Made by a program: the position numbers and the translations under genes. From positions 2,356 to 66,355 of the IMG/VR virus record IMGVR_UViG_3300039208_000165: a DNA stretch of 64,000 bases; one strand, given 5' to 3'. This DNA is from a virus. Within the stretch, counting starts at the first letter, position 1, and every line of letters starts with the position of its first letter. A model generated the notes under the pieces. The model had not been told where the DNA came from. It was given only the letters and a program-made list of their open reading frames with translations, and made no database searches. Shown piece after piece: positions 27,900 to 39,800 of the stretch.

Positions 27900-27928
27900 A
27901 TAATATTTCACACATCCAATCTGGGCAA
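27900..27928 (-). promoter_or_regulatory. Possible internal sigma70-type promoter
   Basis: Minus strand TTGCCC (27928-27923), 17-nt spacer, TATTAT (27905-27900), in the only large intergenic gap within the fibre cluster. Confidence 0.45.
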
Positions 27929-27929
27929 C

Positions 27930-30900
27930 CTAGGATCCGAACACCTGGGAAACAAGTGCGACCTGTCCTTCGTCCAAAGAAGAGCTGCCGCCAGAACCAA
28001 CACCCAACTCACCAGCGGGCATTGGGTTAGCATAACCAAACCCGGTCTCTGTATAGCGGAAGAATCGGAAGGAGCCCGAGTTAGCAGACTCGCCATCCGT
28101 GCGTCCGATCAGAGCAACGTGGTTCCAACTCGTCATAGTCGATTGAGTGTCTATATCAACAAGGGCAGTCTCATGCCAGGAGACCCCGTCGTGAGACCAG
28201 GACACTCCAATTCGATTAAGCCCCGCATTCCAGTTCGCCTGAATGAATATACCAGCGGTACTCATGTCCGTAAAAGAACCGTCCGACAAACGAAGAGTAG
28301 GGGAAGCATCATCGTATTGATCAAACTCCCAGACACCAACCCTGCCTGCAGTATCCTGGTTGTATCCCGAACCACTCTTCTCTATGCGAACACCTGCCAA
28401 CATAATATTGGTAGTGGCGGGACTAGAAGAGTCCTCAATGAAAGCCACCCCGTAGAAGTTATCAAACGTGGCGGTTCTACTACTTCGGAAATGGGGCTGA
28501 ATGTAGGTGTAAACAGAGAAGCTGGGAGTATCATCTGTAATCTGACTCAGAAGGCCGCAAAACTCTCCGTTGTTCAGAGTATTTAAATATAACCGTCCAG
28601 GATTGTCCCTAATCTCCAAGGTAGAAATATCAGAACCAGGGTCAAACGTGGTCCACTGAGAGCCCGGAGAAGATCCTGCGGGCAGGTCGAACTCATCATC
28701 GTACTGGGAAGGGCTTGAAGGGGGAACTAACCCATGCCACAAAGAAGAGCCCGTTGTGGTTGCAAGGGGAGCAGGCTTCCAAGTACGCTGGTACTCTGCA
28801 TACATCTCCTCCTCAGTCAGTGCGCGATCAACAACCTTAGCGCAGCCGATCGCAAATTGGGAAGAAGTAGTACCATTACCTGTCTTGATAAACGCAGTAG
28901 TACCTCCGGTAGGAGCAGTCAGCGTAGAGGATGCGGGACCAAACTTCAAACCATTGACATAGAATTGAACAACGTTGTTCTCCCTTACGAAAGCAATTAG
29001 ATAGGTGCTTCCGGCAGTAATACGATAGGAAGCATCTCCTGTGAATGACTGATCCGTCCCCGCAGAGAATTCATGGTTGTAGAACAGCCTACCATCACCT
29101 TGCAAGGCTAGGGAGTACTGGGCGTTAGAAGCCTCAGTTTCTCCCGAGGCGGAGAAGTGTATAAACCTCAGAGGGTTAGTAGTACCATCTAGTGTGTTGA
29201 TAGTAGCAAGAGCCTGGACAGTGATGTCTCCCTGAATTGTCAGAGCGGCGTCATTTGCGGTACCAGTTCTCTCCAACTGATTACCATCTGCCCTGTGCGC
29301 AGAAAGGCCGTTCTCCATGTAGGTTTGCTGGAAAGCGGTGCCGGCCGACATATCAAAACCATTACCTGAGGAATCATTACCGCTGCCCTCAAATAGATAG
29401 AGGGCTACCGGACTATGCTCCAGTCCGAGCTTGCGTCCAATAATACCAGACAAGGTGGTTGCGTTATTACCAGGCAATAATTCCGAACCCCCGACAAACA
29501 TACGAGGCGTTTCGATCTCATCCCCGGTAATAAATGTAGTACCACTTCCGACCTGCAAAGCCTCCGTAAACACACCGCTACCCACCACCTTGAAGTCCGC
29601 ATCCGCATCATACTCAGTGCCGGACACCACAAAAGGCTTACCGAAGGTTGTAGAAACTACACCGTCCCCATTATCGTATGCATCCTGTAGGGTACTTGCA
29701 GAACCACCGCCTCCCAGAGAAACAGGAACACCGCTGATAGTCAGGGACTCACTGAAAGTACCGCTAGCGGCCACGACCTTGTCTGCGTAAGTAGCCAACT
29801 CATTACCTAGACCGTATACAGTTACCTTAGAACCTGCCTTAAGCCCGGTACCATTAAAGCCGCTAAAGGAAATCTTGGTGATCCCATCGGTATTTCTCCA
29901 CCCAAGACCGATAACATCTGTCTTGACATCACCGTCATTAGTGTTCTCTACCGAAGAACCTCTTGCGGTTAGATTCTTGTTACGTGTAGTATCAGAATAG
30001 AAATGAATGTCATAAACACCCTGACCATACTGATTTGCTGCCGCGTTATCCGCCGGAATCTGGAGACCCCGCGCATTAGAAACACCCGCACCGTCTACAC
30101 CAGAACCCGTGTCCGTATTATCTGCATACCAACCTCTCCAAACAACGTCGTAATTAGCCCCCGTATCATCATTAAACTGCACGGTACAAGCATCACTAAC
30201 ATTATTATCATCACTTCGCAAAGATGCGATAATACGAAGGTGGGTGGCGTTCTGGGGAATATTGTCAATGACTAAGTCGCCGTCAGATTCCAGCTCCACA
30301 TTACGTATAAAGACCGTCTCTCCCGGACCAACAACGGGGACAGGATCAACAACTTCCAGCTGCCACCACATGGTCTCGTGTAAGAGATCCAGAGCGCCGC
30401 CGGAGCCTTGACGCCCCAGAACTTCGAAATAATCTCCCTCGACAACTTCCATAATTGGAGACATTGCGTCCTGAACAGTACCTACTCCCGAATCCTCAGT
30501 TGCGTGGGCCTCTACCTCAAATACAACCTGACCATCAGAGGGGTCCTGAGTCAAAGAACCATTGCCGTTCTTCCGCATAATGAGTCTTCGGTCACCGTTT
30601 GTAGACTGGGTCCAGCGGAAGCGTGCGGAAAGGCGGACCTTCCTAATGCCTGCCGGGATCGTAAGTCGAGTAGGCTCAGAAGAAGACCAGAAACTATCGG
30701 TATCGTAGTGCGCTGTGTCCCAAGCAACGAAGGCGGTACTGTCATTGGGCACCGAAGTACCAGAGCTGACAGACATAAGAGCTCCGCGAGCCCCTGAGGT
30801 GTACGCTTCCGGAACATTCACCGTAATAGCGTTACCTAAAGTGATAGTCTCCGCAGCTCCAGTACCTGTAATGGTAATGGAAGGACCTTCCTGGGAGTTG

Positions 30901-33878
30901 ATGTCCGTGATATTACCGTCCCCAGAACCACCCCCACCTGTACCCGTAGATACCGGTACGCCAGAAATAGTTAAAGACTCGGCAACAGCGACAGAGGAGG
31001 CGGTGAAGTCATCGAAAAATACCGTACCTCCGCCACTAGTAATACCTTCCACAGACATCCAAGAATTAGGAGTTTGGACAATATCCAAATTACCTCCAGA
31101 TTCCTGATTAACCGTAAGCTCAAAGTAATCACCAGAAGTAGCTTCGATATTGGGCCAATTAACATTCTGAATGAGTGGGTTGGTTGAGGTTGCCTGTCGG
31201 AAATCCAAATACTGACGGCCGTCGTTAAACAATGCTCCGTTCTTCTTCAGCAGCATTCCTCTTCTTCCGGTGCTATTAGCCGTCCATTCGATCTGACAAG
31301 AAATATTCACCTTATCAATATTAAGTCCCTCAGGGACCGTTAATCTTGTTGGGTTACTGCCGCCCACGTCCGCCCAATCGTCAGGGTCCAATGTGGAGTT
31401 TGTAGTATCCCAGATAACCTCTGTATTAGTAGAGGCATTGATAGTCTGATTGGTGCTATCTCTTCTAACAATAGCCCGGGAGACTACCACATCACCCGAA
31501 ACAGCGGGGGTTCCAGGAACATTAATGTCATGGAGAAGACTCTCGTACTCTCTTCTAATCTGGGCGTCGGAGAGAGCGAAGTCATTGTACTTAACACTGG
31601 CTATTACGCCGGTGAAGAAATTATCTCCTGCGCCGCTGGAGATATCCCCACCGATTCGGAACCGAGTAGCAGAACCATCTACTGGGGCAGACAAGCCGCT
31701 AGAAGAATCATACCTAACACCATCAATATAAACAGTTACATCGTCATTCTCTCGAACAATAGCTAAATGATGTGCGGTTCTAGCCCTACCATTCAACTTC
31801 TGAGCAGAAGTAAAACTAATGTTAGCACCGCCGGTGTCCTCAGCAAAGTATGCCACAGAGTCAGTAGTATTTAAGGACATACGCATCAGGAAGTTATTAG
31901 CATCAACCCCATCGCCCGAAGGTCCCGTCTGTCCCGCGATAGTCTTAGTAGCCGAAACGATGGTGTCTGCTGCATAAATTACGATAGCCTGAATAGTCGC
32001 GTCGCCGGTCAGCTCTAGATCGGAATCGTCTCCAGCCACAAGGATGGTGTCGCCAGCAAAAGCATTACCTTGTAGATAAGGAGCAATACGGACAATATTA
32101 GAAGAACCAACCTCAGCGGTCAGATCATTCCCATTACCAGAACTGTCCGTCAAATCCCCATCAAAGACCCAGAGACCAATGGGATCATAGGAGTTACTTA
32201 GAGGTCGAACAATTGTTCCGGATACAGGCACCACGTACCCGGTACCCGAAGCTGCGGAGAGATCATCTACTGTAGCTACATCCACCCCATCCTTGGTCAA
32301 ATTACCCTGGAAATCCCAATTACCAGTAATTGTCTGATCCTGGGAAGGATCCAAGCTAGCTCCCCCAGAAGTACCCGTGGAAACAGGTACTCCGGAGATA
32401 GTCAGGTGCTCGCTAAAAGTACCGCTGATTGCGACAACATCCTGAGGATTTCCGCCCGCCTGCAAAGCATATACGGCAAACCAACTATTACCAAAGTCAT
32501 CAATTACATTAAAGTTAGAACCAGTATTATTTCTAACCCTGACCTGAAAATAATCACCTTCCTTTACAGGAGTGGGGGCGGTAGTAGATTGCTGAACATG
32601 GGTAACCGCCACGTTATCCAGAGGGACACGCACAATAGAGGAAGCAACAGCATTATTACCCCCATTCTGCTGAATATTTACAAAAGCGCTATTAGCTGCG
32701 TCAAGTCCACTAAGTCCAATCTGGGAAGTCAATATAACATGAGTGATTCCCAGTCCAGAAGGCACTACCAACCTTGTGTTGTCTATAGGATCGACCCAGC
32801 TACCAGTATCATAAACTGTTGTGGGGAACGAAATATCAGCAGTAACGCCGTCGGAAATAACCTGATCTCCATCAGTCTCGGACTTTTCAATCACTGCACC
32901 GAAGAAGCCGGCACCGGTAGCAGATATAGCGGGGGCGGTTGCCCAGGTAGATCTGTACTCGGAGTATACTTGTTCTGCTGTAAGCGCAGAGGCTATAATC
33001 TTAACACAGCAGAGAGTTCCATAGAACGCATTAGCGGCACTGCCGCCGAAAGAACCAATATTTAGAGTAGAGGAACTTCCCCCCGTAGCCCCTGTAAGAG
33101 AGGGAGAGGAATCTGTAGCCACACCGTCAATATATAGAGTAACTACATTGCTATCTCTAACGAAAGCGACGTGATGTAGGGCAGGTAAAGGCGCACCGTC
33201 GAAGTCGTGAATCTGATCTGAACCTGAGCCAAATTCCTGGAACCACCCATAAGGATTACCCGTGGTAGATGCTCTTCTGGCTACGTAAATACCGTTACCC
33301 GCCTCAGCTTCTGATTGATCTGCATACGATAGAAGATAATCAGGGCTATTTCCCGGACCGTCGGCGACCACCAGGAATTCCAAAGTAATGTCACCTAAAA
33401 TCTCCAAGGCGGTTCCGGTGGTACTATAGGTATATCCAGTATCGCCATCGAAACGAACACCCCTTAAACCATTAACAGAGGTGTATAGTTCTACACCAAA
33501 ATCCAAGGAGAGGTCAAATCCATTACCCGAAGAGTCTAATAGATTATCATCAAAACAATACAGAGCTACTGGGTCAAAGGCGGTGGTTAGTTTTCTACCA
33601 ATAATTCCTGAAGTAGTAAGGAGTGAATCACTGCCGCTTCCTCCACCAGTTAGGATGCTAACAGTCCCGCTACCCTCGTCCGTAAGAGTACCGTCGGTTA
33701 CCTTAATAGTGTCAACATCATTTACGATAACGCCGCCGAGCTGGTCCCTGACGGTAAGTGAGGACCCGCCACCTCCCGTACCTGTAGACACGGGGTTTCC
33801 AGACACCGTCAGAGCGTCGAAGATTCCCTCAGGTGCGGAGATCGTTCCGCTAGCAGCTATGTTTGCATCGAATCTCAT
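27930..33878 (-). CDS. Modular tail-fibre/adhesin: 3 LamG + 3 C1q-like + ConA-like domains (1982 aa)
   Basis: Three P[VI][AG]L[YW].F[DE]...DSSGNG LamG domains, three C1q-like domains, a C-terminal YDDEF...W..FDPG domain, and the shared linker modules. Confidence 0.8.
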   Translation of the reverse strand: MRFDANIAASGTISAPEGIFDALTVSGNPVSTGTGGGGSSLTVRDQLGGVIVNDVDTIKVTDGTLTDEGSGTVSILTGGGSGSDSLLTTSGIIGRKLTTAFDPVALYCFDDNLLDSSGNGFDLSLDFGVELYTSVNGLRGVRFDGDTGYTYSTTGTALEILGDITLEFLVVADGPGNSPDYLLSYADQSEAEAGNGIYVARRASTTGNPYGWFQEFGSGSDQIHDFDGAPLPALHHVAFVRDSNVVTLYIDGVATDSSPSLTGATGGSSSTLNIGSFGGSAANAFYGTLCCVKIIASALTAEQVYSEYRSTWATAPAISATGAGFFGAVIEKSETDGDQVISDGVTADISFPTTVYDTGSWVDPIDNTRLVVPSGLGITHVILTSQIGLSGLDAANSAFVNIQQNGGNNAVASSIVRVPLDNVAVTHVQQSTTAPTPVKEGDYFQVRVRNNTGSNFNVIDDFGNSWFAVYALQAGGNPQDVVAISGTFSEHLTISGVPVSTGTSGGASLDPSQDQTITGNWDFQGNLTKDGVDVATVDDLSAASGTGYVVPVSGTIVRPLSNSYDPIGLWVFDGDLTDSSGNGNDLTAEVGSSNIVRIAPYLQGNAFAGDTILVAGDDSDLELTGDATIQAIVIYAADTIVSATKTIAGQTGPSGDGVDANNFLMRMSLNTTDSVAYFAEDTGGANISFTSAQKLNGRARTAHHLAIVRENDDVTVYIDGVRYDSSSGLSAPVDGSATRFRIGGDISSGAGDNFFTGVIASVKYNDFALSDAQIRREYESLLHDINVPGTPAVSGDVVVSRAIVRRDSTNQTINASTNTEVIWDTTNSTLDPDDWADVGGSNPTRLTVPEGLNIDKVNISCQIEWTANSTGRRGMLLKKNGALFNDGRQYLDFRQATSTNPLIQNVNWPNIEATSGDYFELTVNQESGGNLDIVQTPNSWMSVEGITSGGGTVFFDDFTASSVAVAESLTISGVPVSTGTGGGGSGDGNITDINSQEGPSITITGTGAAETITLGNAITVNVPEAYTSGARGALMSVSSGTSVPNDSTAFVAWDTAHYDTDSFWSSSEPTRLTIPAGIRKVRLSARFRWTQSTNGDRRLIMRKNGNGSLTQDPSDGQVVFEVEAHATEDSGVGTVQDAMSPIMEVVEGDYFEVLGRQGSGGALDLLHETMWWQLEVVDPVPVVGPGETVFIRNVELESDGDLVIDNIPQNATHLRIIASLRSDDNNVSDACTVQFNDDTGANYDVVWRGWYADNTDTGSGVDGAGVSNARGLQIPADNAAANQYGQGVYDIHFYSDTTRNKNLTARGSSVENTNDGDVKTDVIGLGWRNTDGITKISFSGFNGTGLKAGSKVTVYGLGNELATYADKVVAASGTFSESLTISGVPVSLGGGGSASTLQDAYDNGDGVVSTTFGKPFVVSGTEYDADADFKVVGSGVFTEALQVGSGTTFITGDEIETPRMFVGGSELLPGNNATTLSGIIGRKLGLEHSPVALYLFEGSGNDSSGNGFDMSAGTAFQQTYMENGLSAHRADGNQLERTGTANDAALTIQGDITVQALATINTLDGTTNPLRFIHFSASGETEASNAQYSLALQGDGRLFYNHEFSAGTDQSFTGDASYRITAGSTYLIAFVRENNVVQFYVNGLKFGPASSTLTAPTGGTTAFIKTGNGTTSSQFAIGCAKVVDRALTEEEMYAEYQRTWKPAPLATTTGSSLWHGLVPPSSPSQYDDEFDLPAGSSPGSQWTTFDPGSDISTLEIRDNPGRLYLNTLNNGEFCGLLSQITDDTPSFSVYTYIQPHFRSSRTATFDNFYGVAFIEDSSSPATTNIMLAGVRIEKSGSGYNQDTAGRVGVWEFDQYDDASPTLRLSDGSFTDMSTAGIFIQANWNAGLNRIGVSWSHDGVSWHETALVDIDTQSTMTSWNHVALIGRTDGESANSGSFRFFRYTETGFGYANPMPAGELGVGSGGSSSLDEGQVALVSQVFGS

Positions 33879-33882
33879 CTAT

Positions 33883-36800
33883 TTACTCCGGGTACCCATA
33901 TAGGTAAGCGGTGGCTGTCAAAGCACCGCCTGCGTTTAGTTCAACTCTAAGACCTGTCAGGGTATTCTTAACATAGCGGGTGGCACCGCCATTGATATTT
34001 ACAAGACGATCATTGTCTGAAAAATAAGTTCCCTCGAAAGTGATGTAAGGATAGGAAGTGGCACTGCCAACATTGACGATATTGATAACACCGTTCCAAG
34101 TCTGGTCCGCATCCCTCCCGATATTCCAGTCGCCGCTATTAGGTACCAGATAGAAGCGGTTAGCAGTCTGGAACACACCGTAATTAATCTCGTTAGCAGT
34201 AGCTCCACCATTAGCGGATTGGGTATTTCTCGCGGCCTTGACCACACCCTCGACATCATTACTGTTGGTATAACCCTCACCCACCCCGTCGCTCTTCAGA
34301 CGAACCTGAAGGGCTTCCAAGGTAGCAGACTGGGACTCAAGTCCCACAATCTGGATCTCAAATCTCCTGTAACCAGAAGGCAGGTCCTCGATATAAAGCC
34401 GGGTACCGTCGTCCGTAAAGGTTCCTAGGAACTCAACGCCGCCGCCGAAGGAGGGAGCCTGGCCGTTAATCTTAAGCTCAGGAGTATCAATCCCAGAACC
34501 TGTGATGTAGGTGGTTCCGGTACCAACCGTAATCCCTGTGGTGAAAGTACCAGTAACTGCCGTTATGCTGGAAAATGAACCGCCCTCAAAAGTAACCTCA
34601 TCATCTACACAGGCAAAGATATTCGCGATGCCTGTACGGTCGGTAACAAAATCAATAGAGACCTGGTTGTCGTCTACAATCGTAAAGTCGTCAGGCTGCA
34701 CCTGACTTCCTGAGTTGTCGAGGACAATGTAGTTGACCGTCTGCGTTCCTAGATTATGATCAACGGTCCAAGTACCCGTCGCTACGGTCTGATTGTGGGA
34801 GTAGCACCCGCTGACAGTAGCAGTTCCGCTAGTTTCCCCACCCCCTGTACCGGAAACAATGATTAGGTTGGGCTCTGTAATTACATCTACCGAACCCGCC
34901 CCAGAGATTGTGATAGAAGGTCCTTCTTGGGTATTGATGTCGGTGATGTTTCCGTCTCCGGTACCACCTCCACCACCAGAACCCGAGATAACAATAGCGC
35001 TCTGCGGAATACCACTGAGAGTTACAAAATCTCCTTGCATAGGTAGAGTAGGATCGATATGCTCTACCACCCGGAAGTACTCGCAGTGGATGACCATCTC
35101 AGTGGTTGTTGCCGAGTTAGCCCAGATTCCAATCTCATCAATAGTGGTGAGGTCCCCAGAGAAGTCGCCAACGATTGCAGGAGACCACTGAATACCGTCT
35201 AGAGAGGCATCGGCAGTTACAGTCCTGGCAGATACATCGACACGGGCCCTTACATAGATGGGCTCATTGGCCGGGAACTGGATAGAACGGAAATCCTTAT
35301 TAGTGTCAAAGGAGGAATAGCTGTTGAAATGCTGAGTCGCTAAACCAAAGTAGTAGGACTCGTCCTCACCACCCGAGCGGTGTGCCGGGACAGCAACAAC
35401 GGCCAGATTATCCGTGCTGGGATTATTGGTGAGATCCTCCGCGAAAAGGAGACCAAACTCATGGAAGTCCCTAGTAATGTTATTGAGGTAATGGAACTTA
35501 GCGTATACAGTAAAATCACCCGAGGGAGCATCCTGGAAAACACCACCAAGGCTAGCCGCAGAGCTAGGGGGATTGTGCTTAAGCTGTAACATCTGGGCGA
35601 TGTTAGGAATGTTAGTAGCCGTTACGGAGCCCGGGTCCCAATCAGTCCACTTAGGATCTAGCGTGTTGTTAGTATCTAACCACTCATCATCGTAAACGGA
35701 AGGATTGGCAGGTGGAGCATCTGGATTCCAAATCTGAGCATCGGAAACCTGATTAGCAAATCCAATCTCGATCTGGTTAGTGTCCCCGCTGGATCTAATT
35801 GCGATGCCTGAGCCTGCAACTAAGCTAACATCTCCCTGAAGAAGATTAACTGTGTTAACCCCCGGAACACCCCTAGTGTCTACAGCCTTAATAGCAAACC
35901 ACTTATCCAAAGGCTCTATGTCTAGATTTCCACCACTACTCTGCTGGACTCTAGTCTCAAAATAATCACCAGGCTCTACCTCCAGAACGGGGGTAAAGGT
36001 CTGCATAAGATGATCAGAAGCGGAGGCGGCCGGAAGAATAGTTACTCCCACCACCCCAGACTGAGTAGTAACAGCAGTATCAGCAGCCCCGTTCTTATAA
36101 ATCTGGATGCGTCTATCACCAGTGCTATTAGAATCAAATCGGAAACCTGCTGCCAGCTCGACACGATTAACCCCCGAAGGGACAATTAACCGCGAGGGGT
36201 AGACAGGATCGACAAAGCCGCCTCTATTATACTCTACCACATCAAAGCCAATGGTGCTCCAGGCACCATTAGAGGTGGTGGTGCCCGTAGAGGCAGCGAC
36301 TAGAGACCCGAGATAACCGCCTGGGAGATTAGAACTAGAGAAAGCAGCACCTGGAGCATCCGTATCGAACCATAGCAGACCTGATGTAACAACTGTTGGA
36401 GCATCATCTTGCATAGCCACAACGCCTGTGTTGTAGATATTGTTACCTTGCATGTTAAGATTACCGGTCATCTCGTCGCCAGAAACCTCAACGAAATCTC
36501 CTGCGGCCACCGGCACTCCTGAAACAGTAAGGGAATCAGAGAAAATACCAGAAGCTAAGACCAGAGGATCTGTAACACCAGCGCCCCCACTAGTACCCGT
36601 AGCAACCGGGACACCCGAGATAGTAAGACTCTGTCTCGCCTGAACGGTATCAGCAACCAAAGAACCTGTCTGGATACTATCGTCATCGATGCAAGTCTGA
36701 GTGATAGGAACAAAAGCGCCAGGAGAATTAAACTCCCAGACAATCATCTCCGAAAGTTCTCCTCCATTATCGTCTTCGTTGCGACCAACTGCAACGTCTC

Positions 36801-39800
36801 CACCACCCTCGCTCCTAAACCTATACCGGTACTCTGTAGCAGAGGTTCTCTGCTCGTAATGTACCATAAAACTATTGTTCAGGTTAATGTTGGTACTACC
36901 GCCCCCACCAATAGCGCTATCTCTAGATCCAGAGTCGTCCCTATAATCTACACCGTCTGTTTCATTTCTGAGAGCGGAAGCAAACCCGCTGTTAGAATTC
37001 TTAGTGTAGGAAGGAGCAGACGCAAAAATGATGACATCCGAATTAGGCTGGGAAGGTGTGATTGTAGTATTCAGAGAAGAGAAATCTACGTAAGAGGTAG
37101 AATTAGTTGTACTGCCTGTAGAGTCAGTAGTATTAAGCACCTGAGAGAAGGCAGCGGTGTTAATAGCGAAGACTCGGCCTCTTCGAAAGTCCGCCTCGCT
37201 TGCTGTACGAGAAGCCACCTTGAGCTGAACAGTCTTATTTCCAGAAGAAGCTATATTTACTGTATTAGCTGCAGCGAGCGTGAAGATAGAACCGGAACCA
37301 CTGGCGTCGTTACTCCGTCCAAATCTAGCAGGACCAACAGTAGTGCCGTCTACCACTAGACGTTCAGAAAAACCGCGTCCAGTAAAGTTACTTGTGGTTC
37401 TTTCATTAGACCAGAGGAAAATCCACTTACCCGCCGCCATGCCATTAAAGGTGTCGCTTACTAAGTTAGTTTCCGGCGGGTCTACCTGAGTAGCATTAGT
37501 GATAACAAATGTATCGTTATTGGCCGTCTGGGAATAATAATAATCTGTACCCTCGGTGTATTGATCCAAAGGAATACATAGAATAGACATAGCCCCTGCA
37601 TAGGCTGTCGAAGAAGACGCGTGTCTGAACTGGAACTTAACAGTATCTACACCGTTACCGGTGACCTTCATGATACCCTGGGTATCCACACCATTATAAT
37701 TGTTATTACCGAAGGTACCTAAGGTACTCTTCAAAGCACTACCTTCACCGAGATTAGTAGAGCCGAACACGCACCGAAGATGGGATCTACTAGAGGTGTT
37801 GCTAGAACCACAGTTACCTGCGTAAATAACCAGGTACTCAATGCCGTCTAGAAGAGGGGTAGTTTCACAATTAGCATCCACCAAAGAACTACTGGTAGTG
37901 GTCTGGACCGTATCTTGAGAAGCAAAGATAATTTCACCGGTAACAGGAGCAGGCGCGGCCTGTCCGAACTTAGCAGTTCCGGATACGGTAAGATCGCTCT
38001 TGATGTCCACATCTTCTACAAAACAAGCGGTACCGGTAGCGGTAATGTTGTTTGTAGTAAGGTCGTAAGTAAAGGTTTCCCCTAGATAAGAAGTACCTTC
38101 AGTTACATCCAGAGTCCCAGTGACTGTGATGTCATCTACGTTTAATTGCTTGGTGGTCAGTACATCAGTAGTGACCTCGTGCGTAGTAATCTCATTACCA
38201 ACGATTGTAGTAACGGGGGTATCTGTAGAAACTACGGGCTGGGAAAGACCCAATACGACCAGAGCGGCGTCAGTTGTAGTGGTCGTTGAGGCCCCGTTAT
38301 AACGCCGATGCTGCAATTCAAAGGTCTTGGGGAGGCTTACGTCATCCAAAGTACGGAAGAAGAAAGACTGCCTGTTGTTAACATCGTCACTAGCGTTATT
38401 TCCAACTCTCTGACCTGAATCTATGGCATAGGATTCGGCATCGGTAGTGTTGGTTATCTGATAGGTGGCACTAGTGTCGTCATTAGTACTGAAGTGACCG
38501 GCAGTTCCCAGAAGCAATACCTGCTCTTGGGTAGCTGGGGTATGGGTAATGGTTCCCACATTGGATAGCTGGGTAAATACTGCAGAGGCCGATGCCTGGT
38601 CAGTAGAACTCCTAGAGTACTGGACCTGACTAAATGAGGCTGCTCGAAGAACAAACATCCTACTACGATAAGTATTAGAAGAACTACCAAAAGCATTATT
38701 ACAAGACTGTTGGAAAGTGGCAGTATGCGCACCTGCTGTAAGATTAACAACTACCGCACCCGCACCTGGAGTTCTCTCATTAGAAGCTCCAGACTCAGCC
38801 TGAGTAAATACAACACTCCCATCCATACGGAAGCGGGTTCTGCTCTGAATACCAGAATCCATCTCGGTGCTGAAGAAGAAGATGTAGTCTCCAGCGTCGG
38901 GAACAGTAAAGTTAAGGGTATTAAATGTTGCAAATGAGGAACTAGTAGTACCTTGTGCCGTATCCTGTCCGTTATCATACCAATAATCGGTGTTCTCTAC
39001 AAGGCCCATTTCCCCCAGAGGAATAGAGACCAAGGCGGCCGCGCCCCACTCATAAGTGCGAGAACCAGCAGCGACGGCTCGGGTCTGTAAGGAAGCGGTG
39101 TTAACCCCATCGCCCGAGACTACCTTAAATCCTGCGACTTCAGCTCCGTGACCATGTCCATTCTTAACACTTGTATTCTGCTCACCCAGTCCCGCCTCGA
39201 TACCAGCAAAAATGGACCTGATGGCCATCTGACCTGTGTTGGCACTGGTAGGATCCCAACCCATATTACCGCGGTAAAGAAGGAGATTGTCTCCAGAGGG
39301 AAGAGGGGGAGTGGTTAGCTGGGTAGTATAAGAATTACCGGTGCCGGTACCCCCGACATCATCAAATACTGAAATAGTCTGGGGCACTGTACTGGCAGGA
39401 AGAACCCCAAACGTAGCCGTACCTGAGACCAGTGTGTTAGTGGCAAAGTAAACATCATCCTTAAACTCCGCCTCTCCACAGACAACAAGATTCCCCGAGG
39501 CAGTAATCCACCCGGCCTCAAAAAGATTCTCAGCTGTTAGAGTTCCTGAAACAATTGCGTTCCCTTGGGCATCCTTAGGAACAAAGTTATGGGAGCCTGA
39601 AACACCAAGGATCTTTTCGATCTCAATGATAGCGTCCTTAAGCTCATTGTGGTGCTCCGCCATCACTGTCAGGTCTACGTTATCCTGGGTGAAGTGTGGG
39701 AAGATAGGCGTACCGCCAGCCCCTCTCTCAACACCACTAAATGTGGTCTCAGAGATACCGTCGTAACGGATAGCCTCCGCCTCGGTAATGTCATCTGGAT

